Source of the DNA: Octopus vulgaris
Taxonomy: Eukaryota
Assembly: GCA_951406725.2 (NCBI GenBank)
Contig: OX597817.1
Location: 169,632,001 to 169,696,000, forward strand
Direction of reading: 5' to 3'
Length of the DNA: 64,000 bases
The translations under genes were made by a program, and so were the position numbers. Shown here one piece after another: positions 13,952 through 26,627 of the stretch (position 1 is its first letter; the number at the start of each line of letters is the position of its first letter). The notes beneath the pieces are model-generated. The model was given only the letters and a program-made list of their open reading frames with translations. It searched no databases and was not told the DNA's origin.

Positions 13952-14490
13952 ACAGGGTGTGTAAGATATTTGAGGACAAATTTATGTTTATAAAAACCAG
14001 ATATATGATAACAAGTAATAACTTTATTTATCAAAAAGATAATATGAGGATAAAAATAAACCTTCTTTTCTAAAATGTTATTCAATAAAGCCACCTTCAG
14101 CTTCAACAACTGCTTCTATATAAGATCTAAATCATCTACATGCTCAAATCAAGTGATCCTGGTTCATTTTGGACATTACTCTGACTATGGCAGCTTTCAA
14201 AGAATCTTTGGTGTTATGGGTGTGTTCATTGACCTCTCTCTCAACAATGCTCTACATGTGATAATCCAATGGATTGAGATCTGGGGAATTAGGAAGCCAA
14301 ATGTTATGGGTTATATGATCATGCAATTTTCAGCTATCCATTCCAGTATTAGTAGAGCCATGTTTTAATAGTGCTGAGTCTTACTGAGGTACACATGGCC
14401 TTCCATTGCATACACTATCTGTCCAGGGCTTAACAATTATTTCCAGGACCTCAATGTAGGTAGCAGAGTTAACTCTAGGGCCTTGTGATG
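13952..14490 (-). mobile_element. Tc1/mariner (maT/DD37D-like) transposon 3' relic
   Basis: TA-CAGGGTG terminus. Minus strand encodes WLPNSPDLNPLDY..VEREVNEHTHNTKDSLKAAI..EAVVEAEGGFIE with stops. Confidence 0.8.
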
Positions 14491-14494
14491 GAAT

Positions 14495-14968
14495 TAGTTT
14501 TCTGAGAATTTGCAGTGTTTATTGCCCCTGTGCATCTGTCGCACACAAAGGTCATCTTCCCGGTTAACCTTCCTTTGATGTTGCTGCACCTCTTATGCAT
14601 CCATACCTTACACTGGGTACATCTTATAGAGTTTCTACCTACACCTTATCTTCAGATCGAGCAGGGCCACCTATCTGAAGGGGGTTTGTGATGTGTTCGC
14701 CTTCCTACTTACTAGGACTTTGGTTTTTGCAACATTGACTCTAAGGCCCTTTGATTCTAAGCTTTGCTTCCACACCTGAAATTTCTTCTCTAGTTCTGGT
14801 AGTGATTCCACTATGAGAGCAAGGTCATCAGCATAGAGGAGCTCTCAAGGACAACCTATCTTGAATTCTTCTCTTATTGCCTGGAGGACCATGATAAATA
14901 GAAGGGGGCTGAGGACTGATCTTTGGTGAACCCCTACTTTTACCTGGAATTCTTTGCTATACTCATCT
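14495..14968 (-). mobile_element. RTE-clade LINE reverse transcriptase fragment
   Basis: VGVHQRSVLSPLLF..ELLYADDLAL..KGLRVNVAKTKVL, then a PHD-like WPCSI..SIRCTQC..HKRCS..FVCDRC segment. Confidence 0.85.
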
Positions 14969-15134
14969 ACATTCCCATAACATAGCAGTTCATCAAAAGA
15001 GACTGATAGAATAAGTACCAGGTTTTAAAAATAAGTCAATTCATTCAACTAAGAATTCGAAGCAGTGCCCCAGTATGGCCACAGTCTAATGACTGAAACA
15101 AATAAAAGATGTGTGTGCGCATGCGTGCACATGC

Positions 15135-15269
<135 letters not shown>

Positions 15270-15383
15270 AATTAATCAATATTAGGGTAGCAAAAAATTC
15301 AATAGAAATTATTTTGCCACCAGCGGTCTAGTGAGAAAGAGGAAATAGTCAGAGACTATTAATAAATTCAACAACAATTGTTG

Positions 15384-15467
<84 letters not shown>

Positions 15468-15488
15468 GTATGTATATATATATGTATG

Positions 15489-15766
<278 letters not shown>

Positions 15767-15809
15767 ATATATATATATATATATATATATATGCATACAT
15801 ATACATGTA

Positions 15810-16357
15810 TATAATTGTTAAACAGGACAACAAACCTTAAGGCAAGGTAAATATCTCAAGTTGCATGTAATATCATTATTAGAAAAAAATTTGAAGTCTT
15901 ACAGCTGTTTCTGGGATATTCCCGAGTATGGGATATTTCGTCATCAGAGACAGATGGGAAAAATGAGAATGTTATATATTAATAAAATGATGACATAGAG
16001 GAAGGAAGTAAAAGAATAAGGAAATGGAAAGAAAGAAGGAAAAAGAAGCATAAAAGTTCTCTGGATGTCTACTATATCTGGATTTTAACCCACACAGATC
16101 TATGCAGGATTGCACCTAAGGACTTACACTCATGGATCTACACAGGATCACAACTAAGGACTCATGCTTTGGTTTCTATAACATCAGAAAGTGGAACTAT
16201 GAACTTTTATGCCTCATTTTTTTTTCTTCCTTTCCATCTCCTTATTCTTTTGCTTCCTTTCTCTATGTCGTCATCTCATTAATATATACCATTCACATTT
16301 TCTCTATTTTGCCCTATTTGTCTCTGATGACGGAATATCCCACTCAGGAATATATCC
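15810..16357 (-). mobile_element. Degenerate palindromic Penelope-like pLTR element
   Basis: Inverted arms 15912-16059 / 16201-16357; unique tail on the left ending in TA repeats; intact hammerhead in the left arm. Confidence 0.6.
15896..15951 (-). ncRNA. Type I hammerhead ribozyme motif with canonical core
   Basis: Minus strand: gtct CTGATGA [cgaaatatcccatactcgggaatatccca] GAAA C AGCT G TA agac. Stem I gtct/agac, palindromic AGCT loop III, GUA cleavage triplet. Confidence 0.7.
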
Positions 16358-16506
16358 ACTGCATCGGAAATATGGAATGGATCCATAACTACCATCTTGG
16401 CTGTAACCTTGGAGCCCTAGTAATCCTTTACAGCACTTACCTAGCGTACCCAATCATTTAGATCACTTGTGAACTAAGCCCCCATACTTTATATATATAT
16501 ATATAT

Positions 16507-16935
16507 CATCATCATCATCATCATCATTTAGCGTCCGTTTTCCATGCTAACATGGGTTGGATGCTTCAACTGGGGTCTGTGAAGCCAGAAGGCTGCATCA
16601 GGCCCAGTCTGATCTGGCAGTGTTTCTACGGCTGGATTCCCTTCCTAACGCCAACCACTCTGCGAGTGTAGTGGGTGCTTTTTACGTGCCACCCGCACAG
16701 GAGCCAGACGGAGCTGGCAAACGGCCACGAACGGATGGTGCTTTTACGTGCCACCGGCACGGGGGCCAGGCGAGGCTGGCAACGGACACGAACGAATGGT
16801 GCTTTTACGTGCCACCGGCACAGGGGCCAGTCGGGGTGGCGCTGGCAATGGCCACGAACGGATGGCGCATTTTACGTGCCACCAGCACGGGGGCCAGGCG
16901 AGGCTGGCAATGGCCACGAACGGATGGTGCTTTTT
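16507..16935 (-). mobile_element. RTE 3' end (family B) with ~4 internal ~61-bp repeats
   Basis: (cat)n tail; repeated cacgaacggatggtgcttttacgtgccacc. Confidence 0.8.
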
Positions 16936-16936
<1 letters not shown>

Positions 16937-17028
<92 letters not shown>

Positions 17029-17030
17029 CA
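16937..17030. repeat. (GATA)n microsatellite
   Basis: Direct inspection. Confidence 0.95.
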
Positions 17031-17040
17031 GATATAGATA

Positions 17041-17215
17041 TATTAATATTTAGCAGAAGTAACAGAGTAATTCAAGGTCCGAGAGTTTCATGAGTTGGTA
17101 AGTGCCACTGCACAAAACCTCAGACCTTGAGTCACTCTGTTACTTTTGCTAAATATTAATAAAAGTATAAACTCACATTTTTAATTCTATTTTTCCTGTT
17201 TGCATCACCATAATT
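17041..17215 (+). repeat. Palindromic element with eroded hammerhead-like centre
   Basis: tattaatatttagcagaagtaacagagt..aaggtc vs gaccttgagtcactctgttacttttgctaaatattaata; centre ttggtaa gtgc cact gcac aaaac. Confidence 0.6.
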
Positions 17216-17652
17216 ATATATTTAACACAAAGTATAAACAATGGTCATTACATATTTTCCCTTTATTAGAATAAATTTGGCTTACAGTTGTTTCCAGTAG
17301 TCTTTATAGGTACGTCACTGACAGCTTTACTCAATTGATCTATTGATCTGTTGAGAAAAATTGAACAACCTACAAAAATTAATGCTACTTTTGTCAGAGC
17401 CATTTCTGATTATAACAAAGTAGAATCCTGAAGGAATGGTATGTGCATGGGTGGGATTTGAAGAGAAGTGGGAAAGAGGCCAATAGAATAGAGAAAATGT
17501 GGAAGACAAGTTACAATAAGGGGAGGAGAAAGAAGGAAAGAATAGAGGATGGCCAAAATTTGGGAAAAGGACAGTCATAAAGCATTAGTGTTTGTAGTCA
17601 GGCCAATGCACATGAACATATTTGAATTGCTTTTAGGTTAGATATTCTCCAA

Positions 17653-17925
17653 ATCGTGAAGTATATTTGCCACTTAAATATGGCTAACCTCTAAGGGTAG
17701 ATGCTACTGTAGCTTGTAGCCCCAGGAGGACACCTCCTCCAGCTGGCTATAGACACACTTTCTGTGCCCTTCCCGGGGAAGGATGGCTTCCCTTTGCAAA
17801 TACTGATAGGGCACAGAAAGTGTGTCTATAGCCAGCTGGAGGAGGTGTTCTCCTGGGGCTACAAGGTACAGTAGCATCCACCCTTAGGGGTTAGCCATAT
17901 TTAAATGGCAAATATACTTCACGAT
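17653..17925. repeat. Large hairpin/foldback element (~117-bp arms)
   Basis: atcgtgaagtatatttgcc..ctggctatagacacactttctgtgccct vs agggcacagaaagtgtgtctatagccag..ggcaaatatacttcacgat, few mismatches. Confidence 0.85.
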
Positions 17926-18506
17926 GTGTTGCAGCTACTGTTTATACCTTACACAGAGATTTGTTTTTGCTTCTTCTCCAAATGTTGTTTTGCAATTTGA
18001 TATGGGCCATTTACACACATGATCATCTTAGATTTCAATATTTGGACATTGGTGCTAACAAGCATAGTAGGTGAATTGTATTAGAAAATGAATGAAATAT
18101 CAGAAGTAATCATATTATGAAGTGGAGGTTGAAATAGCTCTGATTAGCTAGGATATAAAATACTGATAGATTGAGAGATATGAGGTTGAAATGAAATAAA
18201 GTCAGGAGTAGTTTAAAGTCAAATAACATTGGAGACTGGATATAATTTCAAATTGAACTCATTAAAGGAGTTTTAAAATTTAAACCATTAAATAGATTAT
18301 CAATTAAGATTTGAACAAAAGTTAAAATTTATAAATTTAGCATTAAAGCAAACTAAAGATAAAAAGAATTAAAGTCATTTTATGATGCAGCATGGATTTT
18401 TGTCAGTGAACAGGTCGCGGATTTTAGCGCCGAAAATATTTTGACAAATTAAACTTAAATGTTGAAGTGAATCGAACGGCTTTTGTGTGTTTCTTAAATG
18501 GCTTAC

Positions 18507-18611
18507 AAACACCTTCCACGCTGCAATTGTTGTGTATGAAATAATAGTTAATACTAAAACACCTTCCACGCTGCAATTGTTGTGTATGAAATAATAGTTA
18601 ATACTAAAACA
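18507..18611. repeat. Perfect 50-bp tandem duplication
   Basis: aaacaccttccacgctgcaattgttgtgtatgaaataatagttaatacta x2. Confidence 0.9.
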
Positions 18612-18825
18612 ATGATGATGACGATGACGATGACAATAATAATACCAATAATAATAAAATATATAAAATAGTAATAATAAATAATAATGATAATAAATTA
18701 TAATTATAATAATAATAAATATTAAAAATGTAATAAAAAATAACAACAATAATGAAATATATATACATATAACAAACAATAAATAAAATAAATTTTTTAA
18801 ATTCAAAAATAAAAAATCACACATA

Positions 18826-19642
18826 CAGGGTGCAGTAAATAAACTGTTGTCAAAATTTATGCAGAAATGAAAATAGCAGTGACATCACATTTTAATGGAC
18901 ATATTTAGCAAAATTACATAAAAATATCTTGAAATAGAGAAGAGTAAATTTATTCAATAAAATCGCCATTGGTCTCCAGACGACTTCAGAATCTCCTGCA
19001 ACTCTTCTGGATGGTCTCCTTGCTTAAGTTGATGAGTGTTGCCATAATCCTTGCCTTCAGTTCATCTTTGGTGTTGCAAAGAGTTTTGTCAGTCTCTCGC
19101 TCAACTGTGTACCACACATAATAATCAAGTCTGGGGAGTTAAGTGGCCAGATGTTAGGGATGATGTGGTTGCAGAAATTGTCTGACAGCCAAGACTAGAT
19201 TCTTCTGCTTGTGTGGCATGGTGCAGAGTCCTGTGGCCAGACATAGGGTCTTCCAGCAGCGCAGCCACCCTCCTGACTCAGAGCAGCACTACCTCCTCTA
19301 GATACTTGATATAGGCTTCCGTGTTGAGCCTGTGGCCATGTGGGAAGATGAATGGAGGCATAATGTCGCCATCACTAGCGATCACTCCAAACACCATGAT
19401 GTTGACTGGATGTTTGATTTTTAGCACTCACAGTACATGTCCTCAGAATGCGCTGATCTCAGATTGACACACAAACACTCTGAAAATGTATATATTGGAG
19501 CTTCCGGCATGAATGCCAAGCAGTGCAGCATGTTGCTTCCAAATTTCTGGCAGAGTGAATTGCGTCATGGTGCTGTTTTTTCTCACAGTTTGTGCCCAAC
19601 TGACCCTACTATACTGTGTAGTTGGCTGTACTCTGCACCATG
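18826..19642 (-). mobile_element. Internally deleted Tc1/mariner (maT/DD37D-like) transposon
   Basis: TA-CAGGGTGCAG left end and degenerate ctgcaccatg right end. Minus strand encodes N-terminal MTQFTLPEIWKQHAALLGIHAGSS and catalytic GRPYVWPQDSAPCHTSR..WLSDNF..IWPLNSPD segments. Confidence 0.8.
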
Positions 19643-19843
19643 CATTGGTCAACCTGCAGTTATACAAGAAGGCATATGCCCAAGGTATATGAGGCTGCAA
19701 ATGAACTTCTTAACCATTCCTAAGTATATAAAATTAGACATGGGCAAGTATTGTCATAGAAGAGCTGTTTTTGACATCTTAGTCATTGCATAAAAACTAG
19801 TACCTCTGTTTACCTTCGTTAAATGTAGCAACATCACTTAGAG

Positions 19844-20495
19844 CAGTTATTCTCAACCACAGTCCATATGGCCCTTGGGGACACTAGCATAGTTAGGAGG
19901 GTTGGAGGGGACAGTTTGCCCCGGGCGACACTTTTATGGAGGTGATACCACTTTTGGATCTGCTGTAGGCATTATGTATTTTTATGGGGGTCTGGGACAG
20001 CAAACTAAAGGGCCACTCAAGTGGCACACACTACACTGGTGCTTGAGGATCCATAGAAGATTTTATTGTTAAAGTTGGTAATACTTCCACAATACACAAA
20101 ATATTTAAAATGTTTTTCACAACCATAAGAGCACAAAGTGCTCCTCATAAGCACAGGTTCGTGAGATGGTTGTGATCTGTAAACAGTTTTGAGTTGGGAC
20201 CAGAAAGGGAAGTATGAACATGAATATGCATTGCATATGCGCACACAGAATCCCTAAAGTGGAAGAGAATAAAAACGCAATGTTAAACAAGTTATATGAC
20301 GGGCTGCATGCCATGCCTGACACCAATATCATGCAGCTTTGCTGCAGTTTTCTTGTTTAACCAATTTTTAACAACATTTAATTATAAAAACGCAGCACTG
20401 TTTCATTTTTTACACACATTGAATGGCTACAGGAGTCCAGTAGAGTAAAATTTGAATCAAAGGGTGTATAGGCAAATAATGGTTGAGAACCATTG
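19844..20495. mobile_element. hAT/Charlie-type non-autonomous element (degenerate), with a possible nested MITE
   Basis: Terminal inverted repeats cagttattctcaacc / ggttgagaaccattg; no TSD recoverable. Confidence 0.5.
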
Positions 20496-20639
20496 ATTGA
20501 GAATATATGACTTTAACCATTCAATCTCCACATCCTAAACATTGATGGGAAATTGAACAGACCCAGGTATATCACTGGTACTTATTTTATCATCCTCTGA
20601 ACAGCGAGATTATTAATAGGGAATATGGTTGATCACCTG

Positions 20640-20843
20640 ACTGGCCCTCATGCCGGTGGCACGTAAAAGCACCCACTACATTCTCGGAGTGGTTGGCGTT
20701 AAGAAGGGCATCTAGCTGTAGAAACTCTGCCAGATCAGATTGGAGTCTGGTGCAGCCATCTGGTTTGCCAGTCCTCAGTCAAATCGTCCAACCCATGCTA
20801 GCATGGAATGCAGACATTAAACGATGAGGATGATGATGATGAT
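20640..20843 (+). mobile_element. RTE 3' end (family B)
   Basis: ggcacgtaaaagcacccactaca..aacccatgctagcatgg..(gat)n. Confidence 0.8.
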
Positions 20844-20929
20844 AAAACAAACAAGATTTGAACTTAGAATACAGAGTTAGGAAACTAAATATGGTAAGGT
20901 GTGTTGTCTGGTGCTCTACTAGTAAGTTT

Positions 20930-21315
20930 GTGGAGGCACAATGGCCCAGTGGTTAGGGCAGCGGACTCGTGGTCATAGCATCGCGGTTTCAATTCCCAGA
21001 CCGGGCGTTGTGAGTGTTTATTGAGCGAAAACACCTAAAGCTCCATGAGGCTCCGGCAGGGGATGGTGGTGATCCCTGGAGTACTCCTTCACCACAACTT
21101 TCTCTCACTCTTACTTCTTGTTTCTGTTGTACCTGTATTTCAAAGGGCCGGCCTTGTCACTCTCTGTGTCACGCTGAATATCCCCGAGAACTACGTTAAG
21201 GGTACACGTGTCTGTGGAGTGCTCAGCCATTTACATGTTAATTTCACGAGCAGGCTGTTCCGTTGATCGGATCAACCGGAACCCTCTTCGTCGTAACCGA
21301 CGGAGTGCTTCAACA
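20930..21315 (+). mobile_element. tRNA-derived SINE family C, full length
   Basis: Head tggcccagtggttagggc..ggtttcaattccc; 12-bp TSD actagtaagttt (20918-29, 21316-27). Confidence 0.85.
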
Positions 21316-22252
21316 ACTAGTAAGTTTAAATCTATTAAGTTTTAAATCAGTACCACATAGTACAGGAATTGTAGCAACCAATAACAGCAACAGCAGCAGC
21401 AACAACAATCAAAACAGCATCAACAGCAGCAAAATCAGTCCTGATATTGTATTTATCTTTGGTTTTACTTTATAGTTTTAACAAAAATTGGGCAAAGGTG
21501 TAAAGCAAAAAGGAAAAAAGTGAAAGTAAAGAAAAATGGGTAAAAATACAGAATATGAAACATAAAGTATAAAAGCATGTATAACTTTTCAGGACAAGAA
21601 GTAAAAGCTACTGGGTTTTTTTTCTTCTTTTGGTGCTGTTGTTTTTGAAGGCAGCTGAGAATTTGTCATAAATATATACAAATTAGAAAGGAATTAGCCA
21701 CCAAATCTATTATTATGCTAAAAAAAAAAAAAAAAGAGAGAGAGACCTTCCTACCCAACAACACGATTATGTACAGAATTATTCCATTGACAAACTGGAT
21801 AACGTTGGCAAAGTTGTAACGATTTTTAAAGACTGTTACGTTCAAACTAGCAAGATGTGAAGATTTATTTGATGTGTCTGATAAATTATTGATAAATCCA
21901 TCAAAGGCAGTTATGTTTGTGGCTGCTTTAGCAACAAAAATGAAGTATGGACAGCTTTGTAGCAGGCATTTTACTGTTCAAAATAGAGTTTTATTTTTTT
22001 CCCTTTCTTTGTTTTGTTTCATTATATCGACAAGCAGACCACCACAAATGGTTGCAGTAATTTTCTATCAAAATGTTTTTCATCCACCTCCTTGGTTACT
22101 TCAATCATGTCTAAAAATATTAAAAGGCTTTCAAAATGATATTTTTTTTTGCTTCTTTTACTTTATTTCTTTTATTTTCTGCCACAAGCCAAAATATTTT
22201 AATTGCAACATTTGTAAATTACAAACGGCAACCCATGGTGAACCTAGGTGAC

Positions 22253-22790
22253 TTTTATCTTTTACTTGTTTCAGTCATTGGACTGCAGCCATGCTGGGGC
22301 ATTGCTTTGAAGGATTTCAGTAAAACGAATCAACCCCAGTACTTAATTTTTAAAGACTAGTACTTATTCTATTGATCTCTTTTACTGAACTGCTAGGTTG
22401 CATGGATGTAAACAAACCAATTCTGGTTGTTAAGTGAAGGTGTAAGATAAACACAAACATAAAGACACAGACATAGACACACACAGATAAGTAGATAGAT
22501 AGATGGACAGACAAACAGACAGATAGATAGATATGTTTCTTTATTAGTCACACAGGGCTGCACACAGAGGGGACAAAATTACAAAGTAGAGCTTTTCTTT
22601 TCAGGGAGAAACAAAAATAAAAGGTGGGTAGGTTTACGATCAAAAGGGATTGTAAAAAGTAAAGAAAAAACAAAAAACAATCAATAGGGATCGTGTATCA
22701 CAGAAATGTCATGATGTAAAGTGTAAAGGGGCAAACAGATAAGGTTTATCCATGGAAAGAAAAGCCTACGGAAAGATAGATAGATAAATC

Positions 22791-22843
<53 letters not shown>

Positions 22844-22981
22844 GCTTCTTTCAGTTTCTGTTTGCCAAATCCACTCAAAGGCTTTAGTAGGACTCTTGCT
22901 CAAGGTGACATGCAACAGGACTGAACCTGGAACCATGTGGTTGGGAAGCAAACTTGTTGTCCTGCAGTAATGCCTGTGCCT
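22253..22981 (-). mobile_element. SINE family A (diverged) interrupted by a LINE-like 3' end in its (GATA)n tract
   Basis: Family A tail at 22253 and head at 22980; insert at 22535-22772. Confidence 0.65.
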
Positions 22982-23091
22982 GATGAATATCTCAGCATTA
23001 TTTTATTTCCTGTTTAGTATGGTTCGTTACAACCATTTATTAGTTGTTAACTTTTTATATTAAATGCATTCAGTGTTGGGCACATGTTCTT

Positions 23092-23429
23092 GGAACGGAA
23101 CAGCCTGCTCGTGAAATTAAAGTGTAAGTGGCTGAGCACTCCACAGACACGTGTACCCTTAACGTAGTTCTTGGGGGATATTCAGCGTGACACAGAGAGT
23201 GACAAGGCCGGCCCTTTGAAATACAGGTACAACAGAAACAGGAAGTAAGAGTGAGAGAAAGTTGTGGCGAAAGAGTACAGCAGGGATCACCACCATCCCC
23301 TGCCGGAGCCTCGTGGAGCTTTAGGTGTTTTCGCTCAATAAACACTCACAACGCCCGGTCTGGGGATCGAAACCGCAATCCTATGACCGCGAGTCCGCTG
23401 TCCTAACCACTGGGCCATTGCGCCTCCAC
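23092..23429 (-). mobile_element. SINE family C
   Basis: Reverse complement of the 20930 copy; flanking direct repeat tgggcacatgtt. Confidence 0.85.
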
Positions 23430-23587
23430 CCATGGGCACATGTTAGGCAGTGTAGGAATCACATAAGAGAGATGGTCATTTACTAAAAGATATCTGTCAT
23501 ATTTAGAAAGCTGACATATATATATATACAAGCCACAAATTTCTTGACCTAAGGCTTGCTTCAGAAATATTCTGAAATATGATATAT

Positions 23588-23820
23588 CTATTTCTTTACT
23601 ACCCACAAGGGGCTAAACACAGAGGGGACAAACAAGGACAGACAAACGGATTAAGTCGATTATATCGACCCAGTGCGTAACTGGTACTTATTTAATCGAC
23701 TCCGTAAGGATGAAAGGCAAAGTCGACCTCGACGGAATTTGAACTCAGAACGTAACGGCAGGCGAAATACCGATGGGCATTTCGCCCGGCGTGCTAACGA
23801 TTCTGCCAGCTCGCCGCCTT
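23588..23820 (-). mobile_element. SINE family F
   Basis: Reverse complement of ggcggcgagctggcagaatcgttagc..gagttcaaattcc..ttgtgggtagtaaagaaat. Confidence 0.85.
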
Positions 23821-23972
23821 ACATATCTGATCATACTTGTTACCATCTCAAACAAACCAGTCACAAGCCCACCAATGCAGCTTCACACAAATCCATCAAC
23901 TTTTAATACACACTTTCAAAAATTCTAGAAAGAGCCAATGTGTACAATACAATATGGATTTGTTTCATTATA

Positions 23973-24378
23973 TATTTCTTTATTGCCCACAAGGGGCTAA
24001 ACATAGAGGGGACAAACAAAGGGGTTAAGTCGATTACATTGACCCCAGTGTGTAACTGGTACTTAATTTATCGACCCCGAAAGGATGAAAGGCAAGGTTG
24101 ACCTCGGCAGAATTTGAACTCACAACGTAATGGCAGATGAAATACCTATTTCTTTATTACCCACAAGGGGCTAAACACAGAGGGGACGAACAAGGACAGA
24201 CATAGGTATTAAGTCGATTACATCGACCCCAGTGTGTAACTGGTACTTAATTTATCGACCCCGAAAGGATGAAAGGCAAAGTTGACCTCGGCGGAATTTG
24301 AACTCACAACGTAATAGCAGACGAAATACCGCTAAGCATTTCACCCGGCATGCTAACGTTTCTGCCAGCTTGCTGCCA
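23973..24378 (-). mobile_element. SINE family F head-to-tail dimer
   Basis: Two consecutive bodies, one head. Confidence 0.8.
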
Positions 24379-24644
24379 ATTTGTTTCATTATAATTAATT
24401 ACATAAGTAAGCAAATAAGAAAGCTTCTATGTGGTTACTCACTTTCTAAAAATGACAGTCAAACATCTTGCAGATCAAACACTAAGGTTTTAAAAAGGAA
24501 TGGGAGAATACATTACTATATATGGTCCTAGATACATGATGTTTAAAAATAAGCATCATAGTAATGGCTGGGGCATCTTTTAGTATGGACTGGTGCAATC
24601 AGAGCTGAACAACAACTTCACAACTCATAAATTTTACACTACTC

Positions 24645-25055
24645 TATAGGCACCCATGCCAACCCCCTTTGCTTGCGAAGACATGTTGGGGCAAGTGAAA
24701 TCGAAATTGAATTGAACCAGCCAGGACCCCTGGACTGGTGGTACGTAAAAAGCACAATCCGACTCGTGGCCGATGCCAGCACCGCCTCGACTGGCTTCTG
24801 TGCCAGTGGCACGTAAAATGCACCAATCCGACCGTGGCCGATGCCAGCCTCGCCTGGCACCAGTGCAGGTGGCACGTAAAAAGCACCCACTACACTCACG
24901 GAGTGGTTGGCGTTATGAAGGGCATCCGGCTGTAGAAACATTGCCAGATAAGACTGGAGCCTGGGGCAGCCTTCTGGCTTCCCAGATCCCCGGTCGAACC
25001 ATCCAACCCATGCTAGCATGGAGAACGGACGTTAAACGATGATGATGATGATGAT
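24645..25055 (+). mobile_element. RTE 3' end (family B)
   Basis: Internal ~61-bp repeats and (gat)n tail. Confidence 0.8.
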
Positions 25056-25338
25056 AGAAGTATTATATTGGTGAACACATTTTATATCATGCTTCATGCA
25101 CGGCTGATGTTTTTAGACCATATTTAATCACAAGTAGACAATGTTTTGCAGATATATGTTATATATTCAATGTCTATTTTACCAACTAAGGTAATGTTTA
25201 TGGGAAGGGGCTGAAATGTCATAAAGCCCTTTGTAGGCAAAATAAAAAAAAGAAACCCTCTTTTTTCAGTAAGTAGATGGAATTAAATCCAATTTTTTCT
25301 GGATCTTTACTACAGACATCCATATGTTGCAAATAGCA

Positions 25339-25969
25339 TCTCTTATTATAAAAGGCAGATTTTATCTGCCTCCCTTTGTATCTTATAGAAATCTACAATA
25401 TAGGATTTCTTCAATTACAATTTACCTAGCATTTTTAAGAGTAGAATGCATCGGGTCGTGCCAGGTCCAGTTTTTAAAATTTCAACCCCAATTAAGCAAA
25501 ATTTAGAGAAAACTCACATTGTGGTGTATAAGTCAAATGCATTTATTAGTGTGGGTTACAGCACTCGCACACACACACACACAAAAAGGGAGCGATCTGA
25601 TTCACTCACGCTATCACTCTCATTTCTACGACTTTCTCTTTGCAAGTCTACCTTACAACACTACTCAAAAAAAAGCAGCAAACAGAAACAAATAAATACA
25701 TAACGATTTACTCCTCACACAATTTCTTCAATTAGACTTTACCTATGATTTTTCAAAGAACTTCCATTGGGTCATGCCATACAAAATTTCTTTCAATTTC
25801 ACCCCCAATTAAGACAAAATTCGAGAAAACTCAATATTTTAACATTTCACTTTGAAGCCTTTACTCTGCCTATTACTCCCACTTCCTCTTTAGACACATA
25901 GACACGCTAATATATACGACAGTGTCAATTGTTGACAGACATTGTAAGCTAACGTGTGTGTGTGCGTGT

Positions 25970-26011
<42 letters not shown>

Positions 26012-26627
26012 GTGTGAGGGTGCGTGTGTGTGTGTGTGTGACAGGGACGACCCATTCAGACTGGTCATCCTTTTTGCTAGAAGATCACCTATGCTACACC
26101 ACTGGTTTTCAGTTCATATTAATCAAATTAATATTCACAAGAAGAAGGACTATTCATTATAATACATCAGTTCCATCAGACAACTGCACAAACATTTGCC
26201 ATTTTACACATGCATGTAAACAAATTCCTTTCTTTTAGAATTTCAATTCATTTTCTTTTTCAATTCATACAAAGTTATTTAGGACGAATATAACATCTAA
26301 AGTTATCTCTAAGAAGCAGAAAGATCGCCCAAAAGTGTATATAGATATTTAAATGTATTTATATATTCATCTATGCACACATGTATGTATAACGTGTGTG
26401 TATATATTTCCATAGAGGTAACCATTCACTCCATCACGCACAAAGTTTTTTAGGACGAAAATAACATCTAAAGTTATCTCTAAGAAGCAGAAAGATCGCC
26501 CAAAAGTGTATATAGATATTTAAATGTATTTATATATTCATCTATGCACACATGTATGTATAACATGTGTGTATATATTTCCACAGAGGTAACCATTCAC
26601 TCCATACAAAGTTTTTTAGGACGAAAA
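25339..26627 (+). mobile_element. Helitron-like non-autonomous 5' segment with an internal ~170-bp tandem duplication
   Basis: A|TCTCTTATTATAAAA start; aggacgaa recurs at 26281, 26452 and 26618. Confidence 0.45.

Noticed and set aside
20930-21010. tRNA gene (also the heads at 27880, 34182, 41401, 54387, 58977, 63774)
   Set aside because: A/B-box heads continue into shared SINE bodies with TSDs; no convincing complete cloverleaf
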